This document shows, in pieces, positions 19,391-29,106 of a DNA stretch of 64,000 nucleotides. The notes below the pieces were generated by a model. The model was not told the origin of the DNA and made no database searches. It saw nothing but the letters and a program-made list of their open reading frames with translations. The DNA lies in contig JANJXX010000003.1 of assembly GCA_024720975.1 (NCBI GenBank), positions 32,001 through 96,000 on the forward strand, in the 5' to 3' direction. Source of the stretch: Thermoproteota archaeon (lineage in GTDB: Archaea; Asgardarchaeota; Njordarchaeia; Njordarchaeales; Panguiarchaeaceae). The translations under genes and the position numbers were made by a program. Every line of letters begins with the position of its first letter. Position 1 is the stretch's first letter.

Positions 19391-20812
19391 TTGTCTAGTT
19401 CGGTGTATTCCATGTGGGATCTTCTGGAATTTGCCGTTGAAGAGAGTCTGAGCCTTAACGCAAGCTTTGTTGAAGTTCGAGGCGAGAGGCAGACTTTAAC
19501 CACAATCAGATTTGTTAATAATGTTCTTAAGTCTGTGGAGTCAACGTCTTTGATTGGAATAGGAGTAACTGTCATTGTTGGTAAATCTAGGGGCCACGGT
19601 TTCACAAGTGTACTCACAAAGGAAGGTCTGAGGGATGCTATAAGGAAGGCTATAGATTCTGCTAAGGGATTGACTAAGGCTGCGGAACTTTCTGCTGAGC
19701 CTGCGGAGTATAAACCTAAAGAATATCACGGTTTTGTTCCTTCTAGGAATAAGGACCCAGAAACTACCGAGTTTGAGGAAAAGTTCGAAATTCTTAAAAG
19801 AGGAATAAATGAGATAAAAGGACTTGAGGGAATAGCATCTATTGCTGCTATTTATGCTGAATTACATGGTGAGAGATACTTTATAAATAGTGAGGGTCTA
19901 AAAAGATTCTGGAGACCACTAAGACACGGAATTCTCTTCCAAGTTGTTGCTAGAAAAGATGGAAATATCGGATCTGGACGTGAGTTATTTGCATCATCCT
20001 TCGGTCTGGAAGTCTATGAGAAAGAGAAACCTGAGGAAATCGCTATGAAGGCCTATAAAGGTGCTATTGAATCTGCTCAGGCAAAGACAATACAGCCGGG
20101 AAAATACCCATTAATAGCTGACCCCGACTTCGCCGGTGTTCTAGCTCACGAGAGTTTCGGGCATCTAACAGAATCTGACTATGTTGCTACTAAGGCTAGT
20201 ATACTGTACGGAAGACTCCATGAGCAGCTAGGATCAGAATACGCGACAATAATAGAATCTGGTGACCCCGTAAATTACGGATTTTTCATACCTTACGACG
20301 ATGAAGGCGTGGCTACTGAGAAAATAATCCTCCTCAACAAGGGGGTCTTGGAAAACTATTTGCACTCTCGTAGTACAGCTAAGCTCATGAATATGCAGCC
20401 AACTGGGAATGCTAGGGCGATAAACTTTATGTTTCCAGCGATAGTTCGCATGAGGAATACATACTTTGATTCTGGAGACATGACCAAAGATGAATTATTT
20501 GAACTTGTCAAGCGCGGAGTTTATGTTGAGGGAAGCACAGGCGGTCAAACAGAAGACACCGGAAACTTCACATTTGGTGCAAACAGAGCATACTATATTG
20601 AGAACTCCGAGATAGCATATCCGCTTAAGGGTGTTGTGGTTAGGGCTCACATACTTGACTTTTTAAGGAATATCATAGGAGCTTCAAAAGAGGTAATTGT
20701 TGGAACGTCCCCACTTGGAGGCTGCGGAAAGGCCGGTCAATCACCACTACCCGTGGGAGGAGGCGGGCCATATTTAGCCATAAAAGAAGCCTTAATAGGA
20801 GGAGGTGTGTAG
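19391..20812 (+). CDS. tldD: TldD metalloprotease
   Basis: HESFGH (HExxxH), YDDEG, TGNAR, RMRNT, GCGKAGQ, PVGGGGP. Confidence 0.9.
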   Translation: MSSSVYSMWDLLEFAVEESLSLNASFVEVRGERQTLTTIRFVNNVLKSVESTSLIGIGVTVIVGKSRGHGFTSVLTKEGLRDAIRKAIDSAKGLTKAAELSAEPAEYKPKEYHGFVPSRNKDPETTEFEEKFEILKRGINEIKGLEGIASIAAIYAELHGERYFINSEGLKRFWRPLRHGILFQVVARKDGNIGSGRELFASSFGLEVYEKEKPEEIAMKAYKGAIESAQAKTIQPGKYPLIADPDFAGVLAHESFGHLTESDYVATKASILYGRLHEQLGSEYATIIESGDPVNYGFFIPYDDEGVATEKIILLNKGVLENYLHSRSTAKLMNMQPTGNARAINFMFPAIVRMRNTYFDSGDMTKDELFELVKRGVYVEGSTGGQTEDTGNFTFGANRAYYIENSEIAYPLKGVVVRAHILDFLRNIIGASKEVIVGTSPLGGCGKAGQSPLPVGGGGPYLAIKEALIGGGV

Positions 20813-20814
20813 AC

Positions 20815-22167
20815 TTGAATGAGAGGATAAATAAACTTATCAATATTGGGGAGAAAATAGTTAGTAAGAGGGATGAATTAAACGTAGATGATATTGAGAT
20901 ATATTTATACGAGGCTGATGTATTCAACTCCATAGTGATTAATAACTACGTTACATCGCAATCTGGAGTCGATGCCGGAGTCGGAATTCGTGTTTCTATA
21001 GGGAAGAAGGTAGCGTTTACATCTGTTTCAAGTATTGCTGAAGAGAGAATCTTAGAGGCTGCAAAACTTGCTGGTAAAATTGCAAAAGTTAAAGAGGAAG
21101 ATCCCAATTTCACACACTTGCCAGATCCAATGCGCGGTTATGAGAGGCATGGAATCTTCGACGCTGAGCTCGCATCCCTTAACCCAGAAGAACTTGCAGA
21201 CTACGTTTCAAAACTTGTTCAGGAATCAAAAAGAATACAAAACTTGAAAAAGATGAGTCTACACCTAACAAAAGGAAGCTATACCTATGCTGTGGTAAGT
21301 TCCAGAGGAGTTAATGTTGGCGATTATGGCACGATGATTTCCACGTGGTACGAGATAGATCTGAAGCGCAACGACAAAATAGGAAAGGGAATTGACTTCT
21401 ATATTTCCAGGAAATTCGATGAGGAAGCGCTATTCTCAACCATACCAAAAGCTGAGGCAATGGCACGAGAGGGACTCGAGGCAAAAAAGATTGCTGGGCC
21501 TCTCAAGTGTGATGCTGTAATCGATCCAATGATACTCTCGAGCATTTTGTGGCCCCTCGTATACAATGTATCAGCTTTAGCTGTGCAGGAGCAGAGAAGT
21601 AGATTCATAGGAATGATAGACAAGCAAGTTGCGAATCCAAATTTGACGATACTAGACGATGGCACGCTACCGGATGGTCTATCAACTAACATAAGCGATG
21701 ATGAGGGAATACCAATGCAGAGAAAAGTGATAATAGATCGTGGAATCCTTAAAACCTACCTCTACGATACATATACGGCATATCGGGAGAATAGACCAAG
21801 TACTGGGAATGCTAAAAGAAGGGACTATAAATCTCAACCTTCACCATCACAAACGAATCTTGTTATTGAAAGCACAACGAGCAAAAAACTCGAAGATATT
21901 ATAAGGGAAATTGATAAAGGCATTCTATTGCGAGGTATTGCCATGGGCTCGCATTTAATAGATCCAATTAAGGGATCAATGGCAATTACGTGCTTAAACG
22001 CACTATATATCGAGGGAGGCGAAGTTCGTTATCCCATCGAAGCCGTGAGTATGAGTGCCGATTACTTTGAATTCCTGAGAAATATGGACACAGCAGGTTC
22101 TGATCATAGGATAACTCCTGTTGGGAAGCTGCCTACAGTAGTTGTTAGAAATGTGTTCTTTAGCTGA
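20815..22167 (+). CDS. pmbA: PmbA/TldE family protein
   Basis: GVGIRV, DDEG, STGNA motifs, no HExxxH. Adjacent to tldD. Confidence 0.88.
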   Translation: MNERINKLINIGEKIVSKRDELNVDDIEIYLYEADVFNSIVINNYVTSQSGVDAGVGIRVSIGKKVAFTSVSSIAEERILEAAKLAGKIAKVKEEDPNFTHLPDPMRGYERHGIFDAELASLNPEELADYVSKLVQESKRIQNLKKMSLHLTKGSYTYAVVSSRGVNVGDYGTMISTWYEIDLKRNDKIGKGIDFYISRKFDEEALFSTIPKAEAMAREGLEAKKIAGPLKCDAVIDPMILSSILWPLVYNVSALAVQEQRSRFIGMIDKQVANPNLTILDDGTLPDGLSTNISDDEGIPMQRKVIIDRGILKTYLYDTYTAYRENRPSTGNAKRRDYKSQPSPSQTNLVIESTTSKKLEDIIREIDKGILLRGIAMGSHLIDPIKGSMAITCLNALYIEGGEVRYPIEAVSMSADYFEFLRNMDTAGSDHRITPVGKLPTVVVRNVFFS

Positions 22168-22173
22168 TTCCTC

Positions 22174-22497
22174 TTATTTTTTGAATTCTAGTCCTAGCAA
22201 GTAGCCCAACATCCAATCAACATACTTACCATGAGCTTCGGCTTTGATTGTAACTATCTCTGGTACTGAATAAGGATGATTCTCCTTTAGATATTTTATG
22301 GCTTCCGAAACTTTCTCCTCTAAAGTTTTTATTATCAGTAGAAACTCAGGTTGTTTCTCAACTATCTTTTCCATCCAATAGTATGTTGACCTCACTGGAA
22401 AAACACTAACGCATGCAGCTAGCTTATTTTCAACGAGCTCCTTGGATAACCTATCAGCATCTTTTTCTGTTTCGACTGTTGTCATGATGATTATCAA
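22174..22497 (-). CDS. cutA: Divalent-cation tolerance protein CutA
   Basis: LVENKLAACV, STYYW, LLIIKT, HPYSVPEI. Start reassigned to TTG 22497 behind GAGGTG. Confidence 0.92.
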   Translation of the reverse strand: MIIIMTTVETEKDADRLSKELVENKLAACVSVFPVRSTYYWMEKIVEKQPEFLLIIKTLEEKVSEAIKYLKENHPYSVPEIVTIKAEAHGKYVDWMLGYLLGLEFKK

Positions 22498-22626
22498 TAC
22501 TATCACCTCATTGCATAAGATTTGCAGCTGTTTCACAACTATATTTGATTGAAAGATCAATTATATTGTCTAAATGAAAAACCTACTTACAGTGAGTAGA
22601 ATAACTCTTGAGAATTCTGGTGACTG

Positions 22627-24117
22627 TTGTTGAGAAATAAACTGCACTACTTCTTTGCACCAAGGAGTATAGCCGTTATTGGTGCATCATCTCAAGTTGA
22701 TTCCCCCGGGTACGTAATATTTAAGAATCTACTTGACAATAGGCGAGCTGGCGTACTTAAAGCTAGAGTCTACGGCGTCAACATTAAGGGAGGAGTTTCT
22801 CTTGGTGAAAAATTGTATAGATCAGTAACAGAGATTCCAGATGAGATTGATCATGCAGTTATAGCTATTCCAGCGAAATTCATCCCAGATGTTTTGGACG
22901 AGTGTGGCAGAAAGAACGTGAAAGTTGTTACAATTATCAGTGGCGGCTTTTCTGAGATTGGAAATGTCGAACTAGAGAACAATGTCAGAGAGATAGGTAA
23001 AAAATATGGATTGAGAATAATAGGACCTAATGGACTTGGCGTTTATGACCCTTATACTGGTGTGGATACCCTTTTTATACCGAAAAGTAAGGACGTTGAT
23101 GGAAAGGAAATGATAAACCTCGCTCGGCCTCCTCGAGGATTTGTAGCATTTCTCACGCAGAGCGGTGCTCTTGGAGGTGCACTCCTAGACTACCTCTGTG
23201 GAGAAAATCTAGGTATATCTAAATTCGTGAGCTGGGGGAATAAAATCGATGTCGATGAGATTGACATGCTAGAATACTTAAAGGATGACCCTAACACGCG
23301 CGTAGTAGCTATATATGTAGAAGCATTAAAGGAGAGGGCAAGAGAGTTTGTTAGAATAGGCAGAGAATTCACCCTAATCAAGCCCATTGTTATCCTCAAG
23401 GGCGGTACAACAGAGGCTGGTGCCCGGGCAACACAAACGCATACTGCATCACTAGCTGGTGACTATGCTGTATACATTGGAGCCTTTAAGCATATGGGAG
23501 CCGTCATAGTTGAGTCAGTTATGGAACTTATGGATGCATCTAAGGCTCTTGCATTGCAGCCGCCTGCCCGTGGGAGGAACATTGGTATCATAAGTAATGG
23601 CGGCGGGCCAGGGATAATTACTGCTGATTTGCTTGAGAAGAGGGGACTAAGAGTACCTCCACTGTCGGATGATACTCTAAGGGAGCTTAAGCAAGCCATT
23701 AATGAGGGAATAATCCCCACAATAGCAACATTTGCAAATCCAATTGACATTAGCGGAACTGCTACTGATGAGGCGTATGTCAGAGCCACGGAACTTGTCT
23801 TAAATGATAAGAATATAGACTTAGTTATTATTCTAGCACTTCACCATCCGCCAACACTCACAAGCAAGTTGCCTGATAAATTAATATCAGTGGTAAAGGA
23901 TTCTAAGAAACCGGTCCTAGTTATGGACATTGGTCTTGGTGAGCTATCAGAATATGTTAGGAGACGATTTGAGGCAAGTAATATTCCAGCCTACGCACTC
24001 CCGATTCGGATCGTTAATGGTGCATGTGCACTAGTCAATTATGGTGAGTACTTAGCTAGGCGCGGTGCTTTAGATGAGTACATTGAAAAGTGGAGCCCAC
24101 CAAGGATATCTGGTTGA
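22627..24117 (+). CDS. acdA: Acyl-CoA synthetase (ADP-forming), alpha subunit
   Basis: PRSIAVIGAS, RIIGPN.LG, TQSGALG, SWGNKID, LKGG, phospho-His THTASLAG, NGGGPG, NPIDI. Confidence 0.9.
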   Translation: MLRNKLHYFFAPRSIAVIGASSQVDSPGYVIFKNLLDNRRAGVLKARVYGVNIKGGVSLGEKLYRSVTEIPDEIDHAVIAIPAKFIPDVLDECGRKNVKVVTIISGGFSEIGNVELENNVREIGKKYGLRIIGPNGLGVYDPYTGVDTLFIPKSKDVDGKEMINLARPPRGFVAFLTQSGALGGALLDYLCGENLGISKFVSWGNKIDVDEIDMLEYLKDDPNTRVVAIYVEALKERAREFVRIGREFTLIKPIVILKGGTTEAGARATQTHTASLAGDYAVYIGAFKHMGAVIVESVMELMDASKALALQPPARGRNIGIISNGGGPGIITADLLEKRGLRVPPLSDDTLRELKQAINEGIIPTIATFANPIDISGTATDEAYVRATELVLNDKNIDLVIILALHHPPTLTSKLPDKLISVVKDSKKPVLVMDIGLGELSEYVRRRFEASNIPAYALPIRIVNGACALVNYGEYLARRGALDEYIEKWSPPRISG

Positions 24118-24889
24118 CCGGAGCAAAGAGATTGTCGGTGCCGAAATCATAAAGTCCGTCAGAGAGAATGTTCTTGTAAAGTCTATATATCTGCGGCCCT
24201 TCAGACCACTCGCCAAGCCAAAGCCCGGTCAGTTCGTTATGATCTGGGTTCCAAACATGGAGGAAATTCCTATGAGCGTGTCAGGTTTCTACGGAGATCA
24301 CTTTAGAATAAGTGTTGCTTCAGTTGGACCTACAACTAGAGTGTTAAATGAATTACCAGTTGGGACATTAGTGGGAGTGAAGGGATTCTTAGGGAACGCG
24401 TTACAGTTGGGGAATAAAAAATACCTGTTGGTTGGCGGGGGATATGGTGTGGCTCCGTTAGTTTATGCCATGGCAGGGATAAGAAATTCTCATGGAGAGG
24501 CGCAAATAGTCATTGGAGCTAGGACGAGAGATTTGCTCCTATTCTTAGATGAGGCAAAAAGATTTGGAAAGGTACACATATCTACAGATGATGGCTCGGA
24601 AGGGTTTCATGGAACTGCGCTAGACCTTGCAAAGGAAATACTCTCCTCAGAGAGTTTCGATGAGGTGATAGTATGTGGCCCAGAACCACTACTCATTGGA
24701 GTTTCGGAGCTATGCTCTGAGTATAATATCCAAGCCTATGTTCTTGCCGAAAGATATATGAAATGTGGAATTGGGCTCTGTGGTTCGTGTGTTTTGGACG
24801 GAAGTGGGCTCTTAGTTTGCAGGGACGGTCCGGTGTTTGATGCAAGAATATACCTTAAGGCTTTAAGAAGGAAAATATCAAAAAATTGA
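24074..24889 (+). CDS. pyrK: Dihydroorotate dehydrogenase electron-transfer subunit (PyrK-like)
   Basis: PGQFVMIW, EIPMS, GGGYGVAP, TDDGS.G, CGPE, MKCGIGLCGSC...VCRDGPVF. Confidence 0.8.
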   Translation: MSTLKSGAHQGYLVDRSKEIVGAEIIKSVRENVLVKSIYLRPFRPLAKPKPGQFVMIWVPNMEEIPMSVSGFYGDHFRISVASVGPTTRVLNELPVGTLVGVKGFLGNALQLGNKKYLLVGGGYGVAPLVYAMAGIRNSHGEAQIVIGARTRDLLLFLDEAKRFGKVHISTDDGSEGFHGTALDLAKEILSSESFDEVIVCGPEPLLIGVSELCSEYNIQAYVLAERYMKCGIGLCGSCVLDGSGLLVCRDGPVFDARIYLKALRRKISKN

Positions 24890-24927
24890 ACCTCTGATGG
24901 GAGGTCGCTGCTATCTAGGAGTTAGCA

Positions 24928-26694
24928 TTAGGCTTTTTCGACTTCTTTCTTCACTAACTCAATTTCTCTTCTTCTATTATCAGGCCATGTATCTGGAATC
25001 ATTGGATGCCAGACTTTATGCTTCTTAGCGACTTCGATTGCACGTTCGTAACCAGCATCAGCATGCCTGATTATACCGAGTCCAGGATCTGTCGTTAGAA
25101 CAGTTACTATTCTTTTGTCCATTTCTCGCCTTCCATCACATACTAGGCACATACCAGCATGAATGGATAACCCTATTCCAACACCGCCACCATGATGAAC
25201 CGCCACCCAGGAGGCACCAGCCACGGCATTGAGTAAAGCATTTAGGATTGGCCAATCTGCTACTGCATCGCTTCCATCTTTCATGCCTTCTGTTTCTCTC
25301 GTTGGAGAAGCAACCGAGCCAGCGTCTAGATGATCCCTACCGATCCATATTGGACCGGAGAGCTTACCCTCTCTAACCATTTCATTAATTATCTTGCCCA
25401 TTTTCGCCCTCTGACCATAGCCCATCCAGCATACTCTAGCAGGCAGTCCTTGAAATGCTATAAATTTCTGGGCTTTTTCTACCCAATTAACCAGTATTTT
25501 ATCATCCTTGAACTCTCTCTTTATTACCTCATCGAGCTCAATAATGTCCTCCGGATCGCCCACTAGCGAGGTATACCTAAATGGTCCTCTTCCCTCACAG
25601 AATAGAGGTCTTATGTACTTCTTAACGAATCCTTCAAATGCAAATGCCCCTTCGAATCCAGCATCATAAGCCTGCTGTCGGATGCCATTACCATATTCGA
25701 AGACAATAACTCCCCTCTTATGGAATTCTGTCATCGCTTTAACGTGTCTAACAACACTCTTCTTTGCGAGATATATGTACTCCTTGGGGTCTGACTCTCT
25801 AAGCTTATCGGCTTCTTCTCTAGATATACCTGCTGGATAATAACCTCTTAGTAAATCATGAGCAGCGGTTTGGTCAGTCATTATGTCTGGCTTTATACCC
25901 CTCTTAAGAAGCTCCTCATAAACATCTACGGCATTTGCTAACACAGCTACACTCAGAGGGTATTTTTCCGAAACCGCATTTTTAACCATTTCTACGGCTT
26001 CATCAATATCTTCTGTCCACTCCATTAGGTATCCATGATCGATGCACCTTTGAATTGCCTCCTTTCTCACCTCAGCAAAAAGACCAACACCATCATTCAT
26101 AACAACAGCCAAGGGTTGAGCACCACCCATCTCTCCTAAGCCCGCACTTAAGACAAACCTCCCTCTAAGAGTCCCTCCAAAAGGCTCAGCTGCTTTTGCT
26201 AGTGTCTCATATGTCCCTTGAATAATTCCCTGATGTCCTATGTATGCCCAAGCTCCAGCAGTCATCTGGCCAAACATTATTAGACCTTTCTGCTCTAGTT
26301 CTAGAAAATAATCCCAAGTCGCCCATCGAGGAACAAGTAGACTATTCGCCATTAAGACCCTTGGTGCATAGTCGTGGGTTTTGAAGACACCAACGGGCTT
26401 GCCACTCTGTATAAGTAGCGTCTCGTCTGGCTCCATCTCAAGTAGCGTTTCCACGATAACCTCTAGCGCATCCCAATTCCTAGCTGCTTTACCAGAACCG
26501 CCATATACAATTAGATTCTGTGGATCCTTGGCAACATCTGGAGCCAAAACATTAAATAGCATCCTAAGTGCTCCTTCTATCTGCCAATCAGCACAATGGA
26601 GATCTGGCCCTGTAATTATATCTATCTTCCTAGCTTTAACTTTGGCAATTATTTCCTGCTTTCTCTTAAGCTTCTCGAGATCATAAGCACTCAT
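24928..26694 (-). CDS. hutU: Urocanate hydratase
   Basis: [71 protein letters not shown]. Confidence 0.97.
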   Translation of the reverse strand: MSAYDLEKLKRKQEIIAKVKARKIDIITGPDLHCADWQIEGALRMLFNVLAPDVAKDPQNLIVYGGSGKAARNWDALEVIVETLLEMEPDETLLIQSGKPVGVFKTHDYAPRVLMANSLLVPRWATWDYFLELEQKGLIMFGQMTAGAWAYIGHQGIIQGTYETLAKAAEPFGGTLRGRFVLSAGLGEMGGAQPLAVVMNDGVGLFAEVRKEAIQRCIDHGYLMEWTEDIDEAVEMVKNAVSEKYPLSVAVLANAVDVYEELLKRGIKPDIMTDQTAAHDLLRGYYPAGISREEADKLRESDPKEYIYLAKKSVVRHVKAMTEFHKRGVIVFEYGNGIRQQAYDAGFEGAFAFEGFVKKYIRPLFCEGRGPFRYTSLVGDPEDIIELDEVIKREFKDDKILVNWVEKAQKFIAFQGLPARVCWMGYGQRAKMGKIINEMVREGKLSGPIWIGRDHLDAGSVASPTRETEGMKDGSDAVADWPILNALLNAVAGASWVAVHHGGGVGIGLSIHAGMCLVCDGRREMDKRIVTVLTTDPGLGIIRHADAGYERAIEVAKKHKVWHPMIPDTWPDNRRREIELVKKEVEKA

Positions 26695-26847
26695 GGAATC
26701 ACCAAACGAATAATTGTAATTCTAATCTTATCATGAACAAATCGGAGATTTAATATTGCGGTTTATCTGCATCCTACTTTGTTGTGCAGACTTACACCTG
26801 ACTGCAGGCTTCAGCAGAATTCTCAACAATATCTTGGAAGTAACTAG

Positions 26848-28230
26848 TTAACAATTCGCATGAGAAACATTCCCATTACAATATAAGATTCGGTTACAGA
26901 TTTTGTCGCCAGATACTTTCACCACATATTCCGCCACAAGATCAATAAGTTTAGCTCTCTTCTCAGGATCCAATCTAGTGTCTAGGGATGCCTCGATTTG
27001 TATAACTCTAACCTGCGACAGTGAGCTATATCTCGTAACTGTATGTTTCCCTGCTAGTCCGAAGTCATTAACCCCAACGGTAAATTCTTTCTCCAGTGTC
27101 CTTTTTAGTTCAACGCATTTATCTTCAAACCCGCTGATACTCCTGCCGTAATCTGTTCCAAGTACGACATCTAAGCCAAGATTTCTCATCCCATGGATGT
27201 CTAATATCAGTACCCAATCATGTAACTTTCGGAGAACCTTTATTAAGTTCGTTATAAGTTCGTGATACTTCCTGTATACCCTTTTAGCATCGTCATCCTG
27301 AGGCTCATACGGCCGATTCAATTCGACGAAATTTCTGTACGCTCTACTTAAAACCCCCGATGGCAATATATGCCAATTGCTTAATTCGAAAGTTCTTCTA
27401 ATAATTCCCTCTGCTATATCGAGTGTGAAGCTATCCCCAAGCAGTCCTTGGTGAGCTGGCACGTTAGTAGGTCGGAGAAGTCCACCATGAGGTGCTGTAA
27501 TTATAACTGGTGAATTTCCAATAATCCACTTAATGTAAAGGTCACTTGAAAACTCAGAGTAACTGAATAGATAATTGCATATGCAATAAGAGTCAGGATA
27601 TTTGATGGATGTTGCTTTAAGTCCATAACCTTTCTTGTCTTTGCGAAAATAAATCTTAGCACTAATGGGTTCTGCTTTGATCATATTTTCTGCGGGAGTT
27701 ATCTTTACAGTTTTTTCAGTCCATCCATCAGAGCGATCAAAATAGTCAGCAAAATAACCTAATGCATTTGGATACACCTCCCCTAGAATGATGTCGTTAT
27801 CCTTAGTAATTGATGGAAGTTCAGATTCTTTCTGCCATGTCAGTGAGAAGCCCTTAAGAATTCCTTTGATGTGTGGTAATTCGCCTGAGGCTCCCCTATG
27901 AAGTTCACATGTGAATGGATTCCAGTAGCTTGAAAGCCCCTTACTATAAACGAATATTGTCATTCTTGGATCTGCTATCTCTAATGATATCTCCTTAGGT
28001 CCTTTGAGAGCAATATAAGCACTCTTATTCAGAGCTATGCGACTACCAGCCCTATTAGCAATCAAATCCATTGGAGCTACCGCTAATAAGATAGCATTCT
28101 TATTACATCTAGCAATGGCTAAAGCTCCGATTTTTCTGGCTATTTTCCTCGGCACGAATATTGTTGGAAAAGTATCTATGCGTGTTCTAATGATGCTAAA
28201 CTCGCTGATGTTCATTGACACAACCGACAC
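26848..28230 (-). CDS. N-formylglutamate amidohydrolase (HutG-like) domain fused to an unknown ~230-aa N-terminal region
   Basis: C-terminal half has ITAPHGG, ELNR, YH, LDIHG, VLGT..G.S and IQIE. Sits directly upstream of hutU. Confidence 0.7.
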   Translation of the reverse strand: MSVVSMNISEFSIIRTRIDTFPTIFVPRKIARKIGALAIARCNKNAILLAVAPMDLIANRAGSRIALNKSAYIALKGPKEISLEIADPRMTIFVYSKGLSSYWNPFTCELHRGASGELPHIKGILKGFSLTWQKESELPSITKDNDIILGEVYPNALGYFADYFDRSDGWTEKTVKITPAENMIKAEPISAKIYFRKDKKGYGLKATSIKYPDSYCICNYLFSYSEFSSDLYIKWIIGNSPVIITAPHGGLLRPTNVPAHQGLLGDSFTLDIAEGIIRRTFELSNWHILPSGVLSRAYRNFVELNRPYEPQDDDAKRVYRKYHELITNLIKVLRKLHDWVLILDIHGMRNLGLDVVLGTDYGRSISGFEDKCVELKRTLEKEFTVGVNDFGLAGKHTVTRYSSLSQVRVIQIEASLDTRLDPEKRAKLIDLVAEYVVKVSGDKICNRILYCNGNVSHANC

Positions 28231-28237
28231 GTTTGGT

Positions 28238-29077
28238 CTAATCTTCTAGGATTTTCAAATCCTCTTCACTCAATCTCCATCCCATAGTGTCAATATTTTC
28301 CTTAATGTGATTTCGATTTTCCGACTTAGGTATTGCGACAACAAGGGGCTTTGAAATGAGCCAATTGAGTGCAATTTGTGCAGGAGTCTTCCCATATTTC
28401 TCCGCTAGCTTTATAACATTTCTGAGACGCAGAACTTCTCCGCGCTCAAGTGGGGTGTATGCCATTATGATTATCCCTTCTTTTTGACAGTATGGGATTA
28501 TTTCCTTTTCTGCACTACGGTCGAGTAGGCTATATTTCACTTGATTAACAACTATGTCCGTTACCGACAGGTAGCTTCTAGCTTCCTCGAGTAACTCTTT
28601 ATCAAAATTGCTAACACCAATATACCTGATTAGACCATCATTGTATAGTTTTTCCATTGCTCTCATTGTCTCTGATATGGGAATCCTAGGATTGGGCCAG
28701 TGCACTAGGTATAAGTCTATATAGTCAGTTTGAAGTCTCCGCAAGCTACCCTCTGCTGCCTTAACAAGTTTGTTATAGCTTAAATTTTCGGGTTTAACCT
28801 TAGTAGTTATAAAAACTTCCTCTCTGGAAAAACCCCTTAATGATTTACCTACAAGTTCCTCGGAATGGCCAGCCCCGTACAATTCTGCTGTATCTATTAG
28901 AGCTAGTCCTACTTTTTCTATACTGTACCCAATCCCGAATTTCAGTGCATCAATCCACAACGAATCCTTGCTATAATTTGGAGCGTAATTCCCTCCTATT
29001 CTCCACGTACCCATACCGATAGCTGGGATTTTGTCCATCGATCCCTTAATGGGTTTCAGATCTGAAGTATCTATCAT
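28238..29077 (-). CDS. Aldo/keto reductase
   Basis: GMGTW, IDTAELYG, ITTK, DLYLVHWP, IGVSNF, NQV.Y, AYTPL, AQIAL.W, IPKS. Confidence 0.95.
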   Translation of the reverse strand: MIDTSDLKPIKGSMDKIPAIGMGTWRIGGNYAPNYSKDSLWIDALKFGIGYSIEKVGLALIDTAELYGAGHSEELVGKSLRGFSREEVFITTKVKPENLSYNKLVKAAEGSLRRLQTDYIDLYLVHWPNPRIPISETMRAMEKLYNDGLIRYIGVSNFDKELLEEARSYLSVTDIVVNQVKYSLLDRSAEKEIIPYCQKEGIIIMAYTPLERGEVLRLRNVIKLAEKYGKTPAQIALNWLISKPLVVAIPKSENRNHIKENIDTMGWRLSEEDLKILED

Positions 29078-29106
29078 CTAAGTTCTCCGCAATTTACCAA
29101 TTTTGA

